From an uncultured delta proteobacterium (GTDB taxonomy: Bacteria > Myxococcota_A > Polyangia > Fen-1088): DNA of 64,000 nucleotides. The stretch covers positions 256,001 through 320,000 of the forward strand of contig CAVTRY010000022.1 in NCBI GenBank assembly GCA_963737265.1, read 5' to 3'. The first letter of the stretch is position 1. Each line of letters starts with the position of its first letter. Under the pieces are notes generated by a model. The model made no database searches. It had not been told where the DNA came from and saw only the letters and a program-made list of their open reading frames with translations. A program made the position numbers and the translations under genes. Positions 1 to 15,119 of this stretch are shown here, piece by piece.

Positions 1-2848
<2,848 letters not shown>

Positions 2849-3374
2849 GCCAATCTAGTGTGGAACCCTGGGAGGGTTCCTCACCTCCCGCGACGAGCTT
2901 CGCCTGGCAAAGCCAGGCTGCGCTCACGCGATTGATGTGGAACATCCCGCTTCCCGCTCTTCCTTCCGAATTCAGATAGGACATAGAGTCCCATCCGCGT
3001 TCTCGGGTCGGCATTGGAAGACTAGGGTCTCACGAAAGGTTGGGTGGTCTTCGCCACCATCAATTATCGCGACACGCCGTCTCAAGCTGTTGTTCATTGC
3101 TGAACTCCAACTCCTGCACCAAGCTCAGCCAGCTGTGCTGACCGGGCGGATGCAGTTCAAGGTCGAGATCGAAGCTCGTTTGACGAGCTGCGAACTCTGG
3201 ATTCCATCGACGCTCGTTTTCACTCTCAAGACACGCTTTCGCGTCGTTGTGTTCTTTTCAATTGTCAGAGATCTTCGGGGCCGATTCGACCACCGACCTA
3301 ACCTCGCCTTTTGGTGAAGTTGCGACAGTGTTCGACGCGATCCGTATTCGATCTATCGATAGTCTATTTTTCGG

Positions 3375-3447
3375 TGGAGCGTAAGGGGTTCGAACCCTCG
3401 ACCCCCGGCTTGCAAAGCCGGTGCTCTCCCAGCTGAGCTAACGCCCC
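3375..3447 (-). tRNA. tRNA-Ala(UGC), CCA not encoded
   Basis: GGGGCGTTAGCTCAGCTGGGAGAGCACCGGCTTTGCAAGCCGGGGGTCGAGGGTTCGAACCCCTTACGCTCCA folds as a cloverleaf in the ITS and is followed by CCG. Confidence 0.97.
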
Positions 3448-3487
3448 AGAGTGTCTTGGGGCTCCCCGGTCACACCGCCAGATGCGG

Positions 3488-3561
<74 letters not shown>

Positions 3562-3703
3562 AGGCTCGTAATTTAACGTGAGGCACCTTAGGCCAAACGC
3601 CTAGGCGCCTGTCAGTCCCTCAAAGCTGAACAGCAATATCGAGAAGAACGAATCCTTGACAATGACCTGACTAGGGAGATTCCGAGGAATCTCCCGTGTC
3701 TCC

Positions 3704-5269
<1,566 letters not shown>

Positions 5270-5502
5270 ACTGTCACATAGAGCCGAAGCTCAATGCTTT
5301 TTTCGATTTGATCCTTCCAGGGGATTTTGAGCCCCTGAAACTTACTATTCACTCAAGGATTCGGAGCCGATTCCGTCTGCCTTCCGAAGAAGGCTTCCGG
5401 AATCTGCATTCTTCTCAATTTGCTATTCAGCTTTCAGAGACCGACTTTTCCCGTCTCGGGGTCGGGCGGCTTTCGCTGCCTTTTCCCGCGGCGGGGAGTG
5501 GG

Positions 5503-5560
5503 ATAATAAGCATCTGCGACGGTTTGTCAAAACAAAAAAAACGGCGCCGATACTTTTTTC
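5503..5560 (-). promoter_or_regulatory. rrn sigma70 promoter with UP-element-like A/T tracts
   Basis: TTGACA (5530-5525), 16-bp spacer, TATTAT (5508-5503); A/T tracts upstream; boxA-like TCTCTGAAAGCTGAAT in the leader near 5425-5440. Confidence 0.75.
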
Positions 5561-5571
5561 TGTGCTGCCGG

Positions 5572-6561
5572 CTACGAAGCCTTCGAGAGCAGTTGCGCGG
5601 CCTCTTTTGCGTGATAGGTCACGACAAGGTCGGCGCCCGCCCTACGCACAGAAGTTAGAGTCTCCACCATGGCCCGGTCGTAGTCAAGGAAGCCTTTCTC
5701 GGCCGCGGCCTTCAGCATGAGGTATTCCCCGGACACGTTGTACGCGGCGACGGGAACGTCGAATTCGCGCCGAATTTCCGCCACCACATCGAGGTAGGGC
5801 AAGGCTGGCTTGACCATCACCATGTCCGCGCCCTCCTCTACGTCGAGCTCGACCTCGCGAACCGCTTCGCGCAGATTGGCCGGATCCATTTGGTAGCCGC
5901 GCCGGTCTCCGAACGCTGGAGCCGATTCCGCCGCAACCCTGAATGGGCCGTAGTAGGCCGAGGCGTATTTCACCGCGTAGGACAGCAGAATGACCTGGTC
6001 GTGCTCCGCCTCGTCGAGCGCGTCTCGTAAAAAGCCGATGGTTCCATCCATCATTCCGGACGGCGCCACGATGTCTGCCCCGGCGTTGGCCTGGGCGACG
6101 GCGACACGGCCTAGATTTTCCAGCGTGGCATCGTTGTCCACTTGACCGCTTGTCTCGTCTGCAAGAATTCCGCAGTGGCCGTGCGATGTGTACTCGCACA
6201 GGCAGCAGTCGGCGGCCACGCACAGATCGGGCGTCGCCTTCTTGAGTGCCTGGATCGCGCGCTGGACGATGCCCTCCGGATGCCAAGCGTCGCTGCCGAC
6301 AGTGTCCTTCTTTTCGGGCAGCCCGAAGAGCATCACGGCGGGAATTCCGAGCCGCGCAATTTCGTCGGCCTCGCGCCCGAGCTGGTCGACCGAGAGATGG
6401 AACTGGCCCGGCAGCGACGCTATCTCTTGGCGTACGCCCTTGCCCGGGCAAATGAAGAGTGGATACATCAGGTTATCCACGGACAGGCTGGTTTCGCGGA
6501 CCATTCGTCGCAAAGCCTCGGTGCGGCGAAGGCGACGGGGACGGGTTTCTGGAAATGACAT
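5572..6561 (-). CDS. hemB: porphobilinogen synthase (ALA dehydratase)
   Basis: Start trimmed to [12 protein letters not shown]; motifs [49 protein letters not shown]. Confidence 0.97.
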   Translation of the reverse strand: MSFPETRPRRLRRTEALRRMVRETSLSVDNLMYPLFICPGKGVRQEIASLPGQFHLSVDQLGREADEIARLGIPAVMLFGLPEKKDTVGSDAWHPEGIVQRAIQALKKATPDLCVAADCCLCEYTSHGHCGILADETSGQVDNDATLENLGRVAVAQANAGADIVAPSGMMDGTIGFLRDALDEAEHDQVILLSYAVKYASAYYGPFRVAAESAPAFGDRRGYQMDPANLREAVREVELDVEEGADMVMVKPALPYLDVVAEIRREFDVPVAAYNVSGEYLMLKAAAEKGFLDYDRAMVETLTSVRRAGADLVVTYHAKEAAQLLSKAS

Positions 6562-7334
6562 CAGGGATCTCCTTGGGTGGCGCGTGATTGGGCAATGGCC
6601 AGGACCAGGCCGTCTACGTCGGGCGACACGGAGACGACAGGTTGAAGACCATTCGTGGTGGCTTCGTGGGCGGTGGTGGGACCGATGACCGCGACGGTTT
6701 TTCCGACCAGCGCTGACATCCCCCGTCCCATCAAGAACGCACGCAGTGCCGACGGACTGGCAAAGGTCGCCACATCGAAGCTGGGTGGAGGTTGAAGGTC
6801 GGTCTTTGACGCCGTCGTGTAAACCGTCATGCTGTCTACAATACATCCTTGGTCGCGGAGCCTTTGACCCAGCCATGGGCGCGCGCCCGCTGCCTGCGGG
6901 ACCAGGACACGCGTTTCGGCCGGCAGGTTTCGCAAGTCTTCGACCAGGCCTTCCTGCCGGGTGTCGGTCGGCAGCAGCGCCACGCGACCGCCGCCATTCT
7001 CGATGGCCCGCGCACTCGCAGGTCCAATCGCCGCTATCCTGGCGCGCATGTCACTTGGAAAACGCCGGCCCGGCAAACGGCCGAGCGTTAGCCCGACCGC
7101 GGTTTGGCTGGTGAAGACCAGCCAATCGTAGCCGTCCAACCTGCCAATCGCCGCGTCCAGCTCGTCCCACGAAGCTGGCGGCACGATGGTGACGGTTGGG
7201 TAGGACAGGGGAATGGCGCCCGCAGCCGCAAAGACAGCCATCCAGTCGTCGGCGCCGTCGCCTTGTGGACGTGTGACTAGCACGCGAAGGCCAGCAAGTA
7301 TTTTGCGCGGCGTGGACATCGGCGCCGCGATCAT
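6561..7334 (-). CDS. hemD: uroporphyrinogen-III synthase
   Basis: [31 protein letters not shown] motifs; TGA/ATG coupling with hemB. Confidence 0.9.
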   Translation of the reverse strand: MIAAPMSTPRKILAGLRVLVTRPQGDGADDWMAVFAAAGAIPLSYPTVTIVPPASWDELDAAIGRLDGYDWLVFTSQTAVGLTLGRLPGRRFPSDMRARIAAIGPASARAIENGGGRVALLPTDTRQEGLVEDLRNLPAETRVLVPQAAGARPWLGQRLRDQGCIVDSMTVYTTASKTDLQPPPSFDVATFASPSALRAFLMGRGMSALVGKTVAVIGPTTAHEATTNGLQPVVSVSPDVDGLVLAIAQSRATQGDP

Positions 7335-7352
7335 AGCAGCCCGCCCCGCCGG

Positions 7353-7949
7353 CTATTCCACAAGCTCGGCGTTCCAGTACGACGCGTTGGGCAGGTCGAG
7401 GAATGGCAACCATTCCCGATAGCGGATGCGGTCGGAACCGGCCCTGAAGGTGGGTGTCCAGCGAGGCCGCACGGGGACCTTGAGCAGCCTCAGCCCAGCC
7501 TGTTCGATCGTGCGCGCCCCCTTGGCGATGTTGCAGTCCACGCAGCAGCAAACGACATTCTCCCAGGTCGTGCGCCCGCCGCGCGAACGGGGCACCACGT
7601 GGTCGAGGTTAAGCTCGGCGCGCGGAAGCTGCCGGCCGCAGTACTGGCAGGTGTTGGCGTCGCGGGTGTAGATGTTGTGGCGAGAAAAGCGCACCTTGGC
7701 GCGGGGAATGCGGTCGTAAACCTGCAGCAGGATCACGCGCGGAATCCGGATGGCGCGATTCACGGTGTGGATGACGTCATCCCCCATTTCCGCGGACAAT
7801 TGCGCCCACGTATCGAAGTCGAAGGTGCGGAACTGCTGGTCCACGGCCTGCGCCGCGCCAACATATAGGAGCGAAAGCGCACGCTTCGCGCTCGTCACGT
7901 GGATTGGCTGGAAATGCCGGTTGAGCACCAGGACGGCAGCGTTGATCAC
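7353..7949 (-). CDS. HNH endonuclease (COG1403/McrA-like)
   Basis: VLVLN...RD..TCQYCG...LDHVVPRSRGG..TWENVVCCC..CN..KG. Confidence 0.9.
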   Translation of the reverse strand: MINAAVLVLNRHFQPIHVTSAKRALSLLYVGAAQAVDQQFRTFDFDTWAQLSAEMGDDVIHTVNRAIRIPRVILLQVYDRIPRAKVRFSRHNIYTRDANTCQYCGRQLPRAELNLDHVVPRSRGGRTTWENVVCCCVDCNIAKGARTIEQAGLRLLKVPVRPRWTPTFRAGSDRIRYREWLPFLDLPNASYWNAELVE

Positions 7950-8097
7950 GGCCGGTCTCCTGGGAACCCACGCAAACGGAAGCGGCGACCTGCCTTCGGC
8001 CGCCGAAACAGCGTATGCGAATCGGCCACATTCATAATGTGGGCAATCATGCTAACAGACGAAGGGATTGCGGGCAAAGGCGGTACAATGGATTGTC

Positions 8098-10254
8098 GTG
8101 AACACCCAGACTCTATCGGCCTTGGTCGCCGCGATTGTCGGGCTCGCCGTCGGTGGGGCCGTTCTGCTGCGGGATCACCGGCGCAGCATGCACGTACTCT
8201 TCGCGACCTTTGCCTTCAATGTGGCCGTGCAGAGGCTGCTCATGTTCCTCGGCTCTCCGCAGGACGCCGGCTCGCTGCTGCGCTGGGTAGCCATGCTCGC
8301 CGCGGTTTCCTTGCCCACCACCGCGCAGCGATTCTTTCGCGCCTTTCTCGGCGACGAAGCCGGCCCGCCGCCCCTGTCGCGGGCCACCTTGATAGGCGCG
8401 GTCCTGCTCTACCTGGCCCTGCTTTCCAGTCTCTTCCTCGCTTCTCCGGTTCACACCTCGAAGTGGTTCTACCTCGGCCTTCTGTCCTACGTTTTCCTAG
8501 GTCTTTACCTCTCGGTCTACTACCTCTACCGGCGCTATCGGCGCACGCCATCGCGTGTGGAGAAGATCCGCCTGCTCTACTTGCTCATCGGCGGCCTGGC
8601 CACGGTCACCGCCGCGATCTTGGACCTGGTTCCCTGGGCGCCCTCGGTCGGCAACATCTTCATCACGATTTACCTCTATTTCCTGTCGCAGACGCTGGTT
8701 CGCTACCGACTGCTCGATCTCAACGAATTGCTCGGGCGCATGGTCGTGCTCGCCGCGCTGGCGAGCATCGCCACCATCATTTACGGCCTGCTCCTCATCA
8801 AGCTGGTCGACCTCAACGAAATCGGTCTGCTCTTCCTCAACGCCCTCATCGCCTCCACCGCCATCATCATCGTGTTCGAGCCGCTTCGCTCGATGCTCGA
8901 ACGCGTGGTGAATCGCTGGATGTTCCAAGAGAAGTACGAGCTGTTCCGCCGCATCGAAAGCCTGCGCGCGGATCTGATGAACGTCATCGATGCGCGCGAC
9001 TTGGTGCCGCGCGTGCTTTCGGCGCTGGAGGATTCGCGCCGCGTGACCCACGCGTCGATGTACATCGTGGATCCCGATGGCTCGGCCTACGACCTGGTGG
9101 GGCACGTGGGGCCGCGGCCCGAGGGCCGCATTGACGCCGTCGCACATCGTGCCTTTCTCGAACGCTTGCGCCGCGCCGGGGTCGTTTCCATCGAGGGTCT
9201 CGAACGTGAGCTGCTGGCCCTGCGCAACAAGCAAGGCGAAGAGCGCGAGGCCCTGCTGCTCGTCATGCGCGCCCTGGAGCTGCTTAATGGCTCGGTGGTG
9301 CTGGCGATTTTGGGTGAAGAACAACTCCTCGGTATGCTGGTGCTGCGCGACGAGCGCCTGCGCGAAGCCTATTCTTCCGAGGAAATCGAGCTCTTCCGCG
9401 GCGTCGCCGCGTCCATGGGCGTGACGCTGCAGAACTCGCAGATCTACGAACGCATGAAGGAGCGCGATCGCCTCGCAGCCCTGGGTCAGATGGCCGCGGG
9501 CCTTGCGCACGAAATCCGCAACCCGCTCGGATCCATCAAGGGCGCGGCCCAGTTTCTGCAGCCGCTCGAAGGCCCCAAGACCGACGGCAGCACGCGCGAA
9601 TTCCTCGACATCATCGTCGAGGAGGTCGACCGCCTGAACAAGATCGTCTCGCAGTTCCTGGACTACGCGCGGCCCTACCGCGGCGACCCCAGCCCGCTCG
9701 ATGCCAACGACGTGGTTCGCAAGACCATCAACCTGATCGAGAAGGAGCGCGGAGGCTCGCCGGTCGAAATCACCATGAACCTTCTCGATGGGCTGCCGCA
9801 GGTCCGCGCCGATGCGCAGCAGCTGCGCCAGGTGTTCTTGAACCTGACCATCAACGCGCTCGATGCCATGCCACAGGGTGGGCGACTACAAGTGTCGACC
9901 AGTCTGCGGCGTTCCACCCGCCGCGGCGCCGCAGCGGCGTTTTTGGAAATTCGCTTCCGCGACGACGGCATCGGCATTCCGCCCGCTGATCTACGCAATC
10001 TGTTTATCCCCTTCTTCACCACCAAGGAAAAGGGTACCGGCCTCGGCTTGCCCATCAGTCAGCGCATTATCGAGAACCACGGTGGCACCATCGAGGTGCG
10101 CTCGCAGCCCGGCTCAGGCTCGACGTTCACCGTGCTCTTGCCCGTCGAAGCAGACGCCTACGCCTCCTACGCCGAGACAAAAAAAGTCCCGCCCGCCACC
10201 CAGCGCAAGAGTACTTCGCCGGCCGCGCCCGCGCTCGTCACGAAGCGGAGCTAG
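8098..10254 (+). CDS. membrane sensor histidine kinase (multi-TM, GAF, HisKA, HATPase)
   Basis: Multiple N-terminal TM helices; H-box AHEIRNPL; N-box [10 protein letters not shown]; G-boxes DDGIGI and GTGLGL. Start uncertain. Confidence 0.92.
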   Translation: MNTQTLSALVAAIVGLAVGGAVLLRDHRRSMHVLFATFAFNVAVQRLLMFLGSPQDAGSLLRWVAMLAAVSLPTTAQRFFRAFLGDEAGPPPLSRATLIGAVLLYLALLSSLFLASPVHTSKWFYLGLLSYVFLGLYLSVYYLYRRYRRTPSRVEKIRLLYLLIGGLATVTAAILDLVPWAPSVGNIFITIYLYFLSQTLVRYRLLDLNELLGRMVVLAALASIATIIYGLLLIKLVDLNEIGLLFLNALIASTAIIIVFEPLRSMLERVVNRWMFQEKYELFRRIESLRADLMNVIDARDLVPRVLSALEDSRRVTHASMYIVDPDGSAYDLVGHVGPRPEGRIDAVAHRAFLERLRRAGVVSIEGLERELLALRNKQGEEREALLLVMRALELLNGSVVLAILGEEQLLGMLVLRDERLREAYSSEEIELFRGVAASMGVTLQNSQIYERMKERDRLAALGQMAAGLAHEIRNPLGSIKGAAQFLQPLEGPKTDGSTREFLDIIVEEVDRLNKIVSQFLDYARPYRGDPSPLDANDVVRKTINLIEKERGGSPVEITMNLLDGLPQVRADAQQLRQVFLNLTINALDAMPQGGRLQVSTSLRRSTRRGAAAAFLEIRFRDDGIGIPPADLRNLFIPFFTTKEKGTGLGLPISQRIIENHGGTIEVRSQPGSGSTFTVLLPVEADAYASYAETKKVPPATQRKSTSPAAPALVTKRS

Positions 10255-11429
10255 AGCGCGCCCATCACCAGGTTGTCGCGCGTGACGAGTGCGTCGTAGC
10301 CGCGATAACCGAGGATGGCATCGATCTCTTCGCTTTGGCGGCCGGCCAGCTTGCGACACGCATCGGCGTCGTAGTTGACCATTCCGCGTCCCCGCACGCG
10401 ACCGCTGCCATCGCGAATTTCCACCACATCGCCTTTGTCGAAGGTGCCTTCCACATTCGTCACACCGACGGGAAGCAGCGAGGCCTTGGCTCTTTCCAGC
10501 GCGCGCAGCGCCCCGTCGTTGAGCACCAGCGCGCCGAATTTTCGGCTGGCCACGGCGATGTAGCGCAGGCGCGCGCGCCGCCGATCCGGGGCCGGAATCA
10601 GGGTTCCCACATCCTCGCCAGCCAGGATCTTCGCCAGCACGGATACGGCGCTGCCGTTGGCGATCACGACCGAGGCGCCCTCCGAGGTCGCCAGTTTTGC
10701 CGCTTCCAGCTTGCTCGCCATGCCGCCTGTTCCGCCGCTCGACGCGCCGTCGGCGCGGCCCAGCGCGATGTCGTCGACCATGTCGAGAAGCGAAATGCGC
10801 GTGGCGCTGGAATCGGTTTTGGGATTGGCCGTGAAAAGCCCATCCACGTTGGTCAGCAACACGAGCAGGTCAGCGTCGAGGGTCACTGAAACACGAGCGG
10901 CGAGGCCGTCGTTGTCGCCGAAGACCGCGTGCGCCGGCTCGGCGCCGGAGCGGCGTCGGTACTCGACCAACTCGCGGATGCTGACGCTGTCGTTTTCGTT
11001 GAGCACGGGCACGGCGCCCAATTCCAGCAGGCGCATGAGGGTCGTGCGCACGCACAGCGCCCGATCCCGGTCGCCCAGATCTTCCTGGGTCAGCAGCACC
11101 TGCGCCGCAATCACGCCCTGCTTGGCGAAGGCCTCGGCATAGGCCGCCATGAGATGCCCCTGGCCCACCGCCGCACACGCTTGGCGCAGCCCGAGCGAGC
11201 GCGGCCGCTGCCGCAGGCCAAGCAAGCGCATGCCCATACCCACGGCGCCCGAGGTGACCAAAACCACGTCACGACCGGCCTTGCGCTCGTTCGCCAGGCC
11301 CTCGACGAGATTTGCCATGCGGCCCAGGGCAAGCTCGGATTCGTCGTTGGTGACGACATGCGTGCCGACTTTGAGCACCAGTCGGTGGGTTGCGCGAAGG
11401 GTGGCGCGGGCGGTGGATTCGTGGCTCAT
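10251..11429 (-). CDS. proB: glutamate 5-kinase with PUA domain
   Basis: VLKVGT, TSGAV, AAVGQ, NENDS, GDNDGL, GTGGMASK, C-terminal PUA domain. Confidence 0.96.
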   Translation of the reverse strand: MSHESTARATLRATHRLVLKVGTHVVTNDESELALGRMANLVEGLANERKAGRDVVLVTSGAVGMGMRLLGLRQRPRSLGLRQACAAVGQGHLMAAYAEAFAKQGVIAAQVLLTQEDLGDRDRALCVRTTLMRLLELGAVPVLNENDSVSIRELVEYRRRSGAEPAHAVFGDNDGLAARVSVTLDADLLVLLTNVDGLFTANPKTDSSATRISLLDMVDDIALGRADGASSGGTGGMASKLEAAKLATSEGASVVIANGSAVSVLAKILAGEDVGTLIPAPDRRRARLRYIAVASRKFGALVLNDGALRALERAKASLLPVGVTNVEGTFDKGDVVEIRDGSGRVRGRGMVNYDADACRKLAGRQSEEIDAILGYRGYDALVTRDNLVMGAL

Positions 11430-11476
11430 GCAGAGATCGACTTTACCTTGGCCGCGCTTCATGTGGTAATGCGCGT

Positions 11477-12295
11477 GTGAATCTTCTCGAAGCAAGCAAG
11501 ACCTTGGGTGTTATCGGCTGCGGCACCATGGGTGAAGCGATCGTGCGTGGCATTCTCCGTTCAGGCAACCTCGCCCCAGCGCAAATTTTCGCCTGCGACG
11601 CGCGGCCGGACGTAGCGCGCGAGCTAGCCTCCAAGCACGGCATTCGCACAGAAACGGAAAATCTCGCCGTGGCCAGCGCCTGCGACGTCGCGCTGGTGTG
11701 TGTGAAGCCGTATCAGATGGCCGCCGTCCTCGACAACGACGCCATGCGATCGGAGCTCGCGGGTAAGCTGGTGATCAGCATCGCGGCGGGCGTGCGGCTA
11801 GAAAAGCTCTGCACGTTCTTGCCCAAGAGCGCGGTGATTCGCGCCATGCCTAACCTCCCGGCCCTGATTGGCGAGGGCATGGCCGGTCTCGCGCGCAGCA
11901 AGGGCACGAGCGACGCGCAGATGGCGCTTGCGCTGGCCCTCTTCGCCTCGGTTGGAAAATCGCAAGAGGTGGACGAAACCCACATGGACATCGTGACCGC
12001 CGTCGCGGGCAGCGGACCGGCCTTCGTATTCGTGATGATCGACGCTCTGGCGGACGGAGCCGTGCGCCTCGGTCTACGCCGAGACGCTGCGGTCGCCATG
12101 GCGGCCCAGATGGTTCAGGGCGCTGCTCGCATGATTGTGCAGACCGGCACGCACCCAGCCGTGCTCAAGGATCAGGTCACCACACCAGGCGGCTGTACCG
12201 CTGCCGGCCTCGGCGTGATGGAGGACGGAAAGATCCGCTCCATCCTGGCCCGCACCATCGAGGAAACCGCGCGCGTGGCGGGCAAGTTGGGGTAG
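11477..12295 (+). CDS. proC: pyrroline-5-carboxylate reductase
   Basis: IGCGTMG, ISIAAG, RAMPN, GSGPAF, LKDQVTTPGG. Confidence 0.96.
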   Translation: MNLLEASKTLGVIGCGTMGEAIVRGILRSGNLAPAQIFACDARPDVARELASKHGIRTETENLAVASACDVALVCVKPYQMAAVLDNDAMRSELAGKLVISIAAGVRLEKLCTFLPKSAVIRAMPNLPALIGEGMAGLARSKGTSDAQMALALALFASVGKSQEVDETHMDIVTAVAGSGPAFVFVMIDALADGAVRLGLRRDAAVAMAAQMVQGAARMIVQTGTHPAVLKDQVTTPGGCTAAGLGVMEDGKIRSILARTIEETARVAGKLG

Positions 12296-12347
12296 CCGAT
12301 TTTGCATCGCAGCCGCACCCTCGTCTTCCCTCGGTCATCTAACGACG

Positions 12348-13229
12348 ATGGCCTCTACCATTCGTCCCATCGGTCACATTGTGAAGCCCCAGCCCACGGT
12401 TGAAGGCGCTGGTGTACACCTGGTTCGCACCATTGGGACACGTCAGCTCACCAACCTAGACCCGTTCCTGCTGCTCGACCATTTCGAGTCGTCGGTACCA
12501 GCGGACTACCGATCAGGTTTTCCCTTCCATCCCCACCGCGGGATTGAAACCGTCACCATCCTGCGCACCGGGCAGGTTCGTCATGGCGATTCGCTTGGTC
12601 ACAAGGGTGTGATTGGCGGTGGCGACATCCAGTGGATGACGTCGGGAAGCGGCATCATGCACGAGGAGATGCCGGTGGTGCGGCCCGAAGGTATTTCGGG
12701 ACTGCAGCTTTGGCTGAATCTGCCGGCGCGGGAAAAGATGACCCGGCCGAAATACCGAGATCTCGTCGCGGACAAGCTGGAAGAACGCGTTACCGATGAC
12801 GGAGCCAAGATTCGCGTGATCGCCGGCGAGGCGGACGCTGGTCGCATCAAGGGTCCGGTGGTCGGGCTGTCGGTGGCGCCGAAATTCGTCGACGTGGTGT
12901 TGCCAGCGGGCGCCGTTTTCCGCGAGGATGTTTCGGCCGGCCACACTGCCTTCGCCTACGTCGATCGCGGCGAAGTCAGCTTCGGCAGTGGCGGCGATCT
13001 CGCGTCCGTGGAAGGTCCGGCGTTGGTGGTCTTCGGCGAAGGTGATGTCGTGCGTGCCCAAGGCGGCGGCGCAAATGGCGGACGATTCCTACTCGCTGCG
13101 GCCCGGCCGCTCGGCGAGCCGATCGCGCGCTACGGTCCCTTCGTCATGAATACGCGCGAAGAGATCGAGCAGGCGCTGGACGAGTTGCGCAGCGGGCGCT
13201 TCATTCGCGAAGAAGCGGCCGACGCCTGA
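12348..13229 (+). CDS. pirin family protein
   Basis: DPFLLLDH, HPHRGIETVT, QWMTSGSGIMHEE, YGPFVMNT. Confidence 0.95.
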   Translation: MASTIRPIGHIVKPQPTVEGAGVHLVRTIGTRQLTNLDPFLLLDHFESSVPADYRSGFPFHPHRGIETVTILRTGQVRHGDSLGHKGVIGGGDIQWMTSGSGIMHEEMPVVRPEGISGLQLWLNLPAREKMTRPKYRDLVADKLEERVTDDGAKIRVIAGEADAGRIKGPVVGLSVAPKFVDVVLPAGAVFREDVSAGHTAFAYVDRGEVSFGSGGDLASVEGPALVVFGEGDVVRAQGGGANGGRFLLAAARPLGEPIARYGPFVMNTREEIEQALDELRSGRFIREEAADA

Positions 13230-13420
13230 GTGTGGCGGGCGGAAACAGCAACGCCGTGACTGCGGGAGAGGGCAGCGCTCCCGGTTTGGGACCCGTGTCG
13301 GAATGGTACCTGACCACCCTCAACGTCACCGGAACAGTCAACTGCGCTGCGCTGGCAGTTGGAGAGCTGGTCAAATTGGTGATCGACTATCCGTGACCAC
13401 CGTTAGGCCTGTGCTAGCTT

Positions 13421-14254
13421 CTAACGCTTCTGGCAGCGACTACAGTAGAAGGTCGAACGTCCGCCATCCACCGATCGGCGGACGAGCTCGTCGCATGCAA
13501 AGCACTTTTCGCCCTCGCGTGCGTACACACGTAGCGCTTTGATGTTCTTGCCAGGTTCACCGGTGGAATCGACGAAGTCGCGAAAGGACGTTCCGCAATT
13601 GTCGATACCGGTTTGCAGGGTTTCGCAAATCGCTTGCACTAAGAGCTCGGCCTTCCCCTCCGCTCGATGGGCTGGCGCGCGCGGATGGATACGTGCGCGA
13701 AAGAGCGCCTCGCAGACGTAGATGTTGCCAAGTCCGGCCAGACGATGCTGGTTGAGCAGGAACGCCTTGATGGGCGCTCGAGACGAGGCCAGCAAGTCGC
13801 GCATCTTTTCCCCGTCGAGCTCGCTCAGCGGATCCAATCCAAGCGCTCGAATTTCGGGAAGCGCGTCGATTCTCTGCGCCGCCTGCACCGAGCCAAAACG
13901 CCGCGGATCGACAAAGCGCAATTCGCGTTCGCGAGGAAGCAGCCACACCACGTGCGTGTGTTTGACCTTCTCTTCGAGCTGCTCTTGAACTCTCAGTCGG
14001 CCAGTCATGCCCAAGTGAACCAAGACACCAGTTTGCTCGCCGTCGGCGCGGAACAGATCGATGAGAATGTATTTTCCCCGTCGCCGAACAGCCGCAATCT
14101 TCGCGCCCACACAACCGCTGCGCAGGGCTGCCTCGTCGAGCCGCCTGGCCCCGCGCAAGGCCAGTCCACTCGTCCACACTGCACGAATTGTCCTGCCGAC
14201 GATTTGCGGCCGCAGGGTGCGGACAACGGTTTCGACCTCGGGCAACTCAGGCAT
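13421..14254 (-). CDS. mutM: formamidopyrimidine-DNA glycosylase
   Basis: MPELPEVE start, RRGKY, HLGMTG, DPRRFG, GLGNIY, C-terminal zinc finger. Confidence 0.97.
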   Translation of the reverse strand: MPELPEVETVVRTLRPQIVGRTIRAVWTSGLALRGARRLDEAALRSGCVGAKIAAVRRRGKYILIDLFRADGEQTGVLVHLGMTGRLRVQEQLEEKVKHTHVVWLLPRERELRFVDPRRFGSVQAAQRIDALPEIRALGLDPLSELDGEKMRDLLASSRAPIKAFLLNQHRLAGLGNIYVCEALFRARIHPRAPAHRAEGKAELLVQAICETLQTGIDNCGTSFRDFVDSTGEPGKNIKALRVYAREGEKCFACDELVRRSVDGGRSTFYCSRCQKR

Positions 14255-15119
14255 GGCTTGCCGATAGAGCATTGGCGAGACGAGCAAAATCCGCCACCGC
14301 CAATTCCTCCGCGCGCCGCGTGCCCTCAATCCCGGCCTCGGCAAGCGCCGCGCTGGCGCGCGCGCCGAACGCCGGTTCGAGAGCTCGTCTCAACATCTTT
14401 CGGCGCGCGCCGAAGGCCTCACGAACGAGAGACGCGAACATCGAGACGTCGTGAACCTGGGCGAGCGGCTGCTGGCGCGGGCGCAGGCGCACCACCGTGG
14501 ACGTCACCGAGGGCGCGGGCAGGAATGCGCCCGCACCCACGTGGAACAGAATCTCCGCTTCGCAGGCCTGCTGAACCATCACTGACAGTCGGCCGTACGC
14601 GCGACTGCCCGGTGGCGCCAGCATTCGCTGCGCGAATTCTTTTTGCACCATGAAGATCGCGCGGTCGACGACCTGGCCGCCCGCCGCCGCCCCGATAGTC
14701 GCGAACAGGAGCGGCGAAGTGATGACATAGGGCAAGTTCCCGACCACGACGAGCGGCTGGCCGACTTCCCTCGCTTTTCGTGCGAGGTCGAATTCCAACG
14801 CGTCGCCGAGCACGACCTCGATAGTGGGCCGGTTGGCGAGCTCGGCGCGCAATATTTCAGTCAGCCTCGCGTCCCGGTCGAGGGCGATGACCCTTGCCGC
14901 CTGGTCGCCGAGACGCGCGGTGAGCGCACCGAGGCCAGCGCCGATCTCGATCACGATGTCGGTCGCTCCAAGCTGCGCTGCCGACACGATTCGTTGCTGC
15001 ACGCGCGGATCGACGAGAAAGTTTTGCCCGAGAGACTTTTTCGGCGAAAGACCATGGCGCGCGAGCAGCTCTCGCGCTGGCGCCAGCGGCGGTCGCGCTG
15101 CGCCCGACGAAGCGGTCAT
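14247..15119 (-). CDS. rsmA: 16S rRNA m6,2A dimethyltransferase
   Basis: KKSLGQNFL, EIGAGLG, GNLPY, MVQKE, YGRLSV. Confidence 0.96.
   Translation of the reverse strand: MTASSGAARPPLAPARELLARHGLSPKKSLGQNFLVDPRVQQRIVSAAQLGATDIVIEIGAGLGALTARLGDQAARVIALDRDARLTEILRAELANRPTIEVVLGDALEFDLARKAREVGQPLVVVGNLPYVITSPLLFATIGAAAGGQVVDRAIFMVQKEFAQRMLAPPGSRAYGRLSVMVQQACEAEILFHVGAGAFLPAPSVTSTVVRLRPRQQPLAQVHDVSMFASLVREAFGARRKMLRRALEPAFGARASAALAEAGIEGTRRAEELAVADFARLANALSASHA

Noticed and set aside
7353-7949. HNH nuclease as an IscB/HEARO or other RNA-guided mobile system
   Set aside because: No RuvC, PLMP or RRXRR motifs; only short flanking spacers with no ncRNA, repeats or transposon ends. It matches the common stand-alone COG1403 type.
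14530-14550. parS-like CCACGTGGAACA in rsmA (similar half-sites near 26510 and 58062)
   Set aside because: Only half-palindromes, with several mismatches in the left arm.
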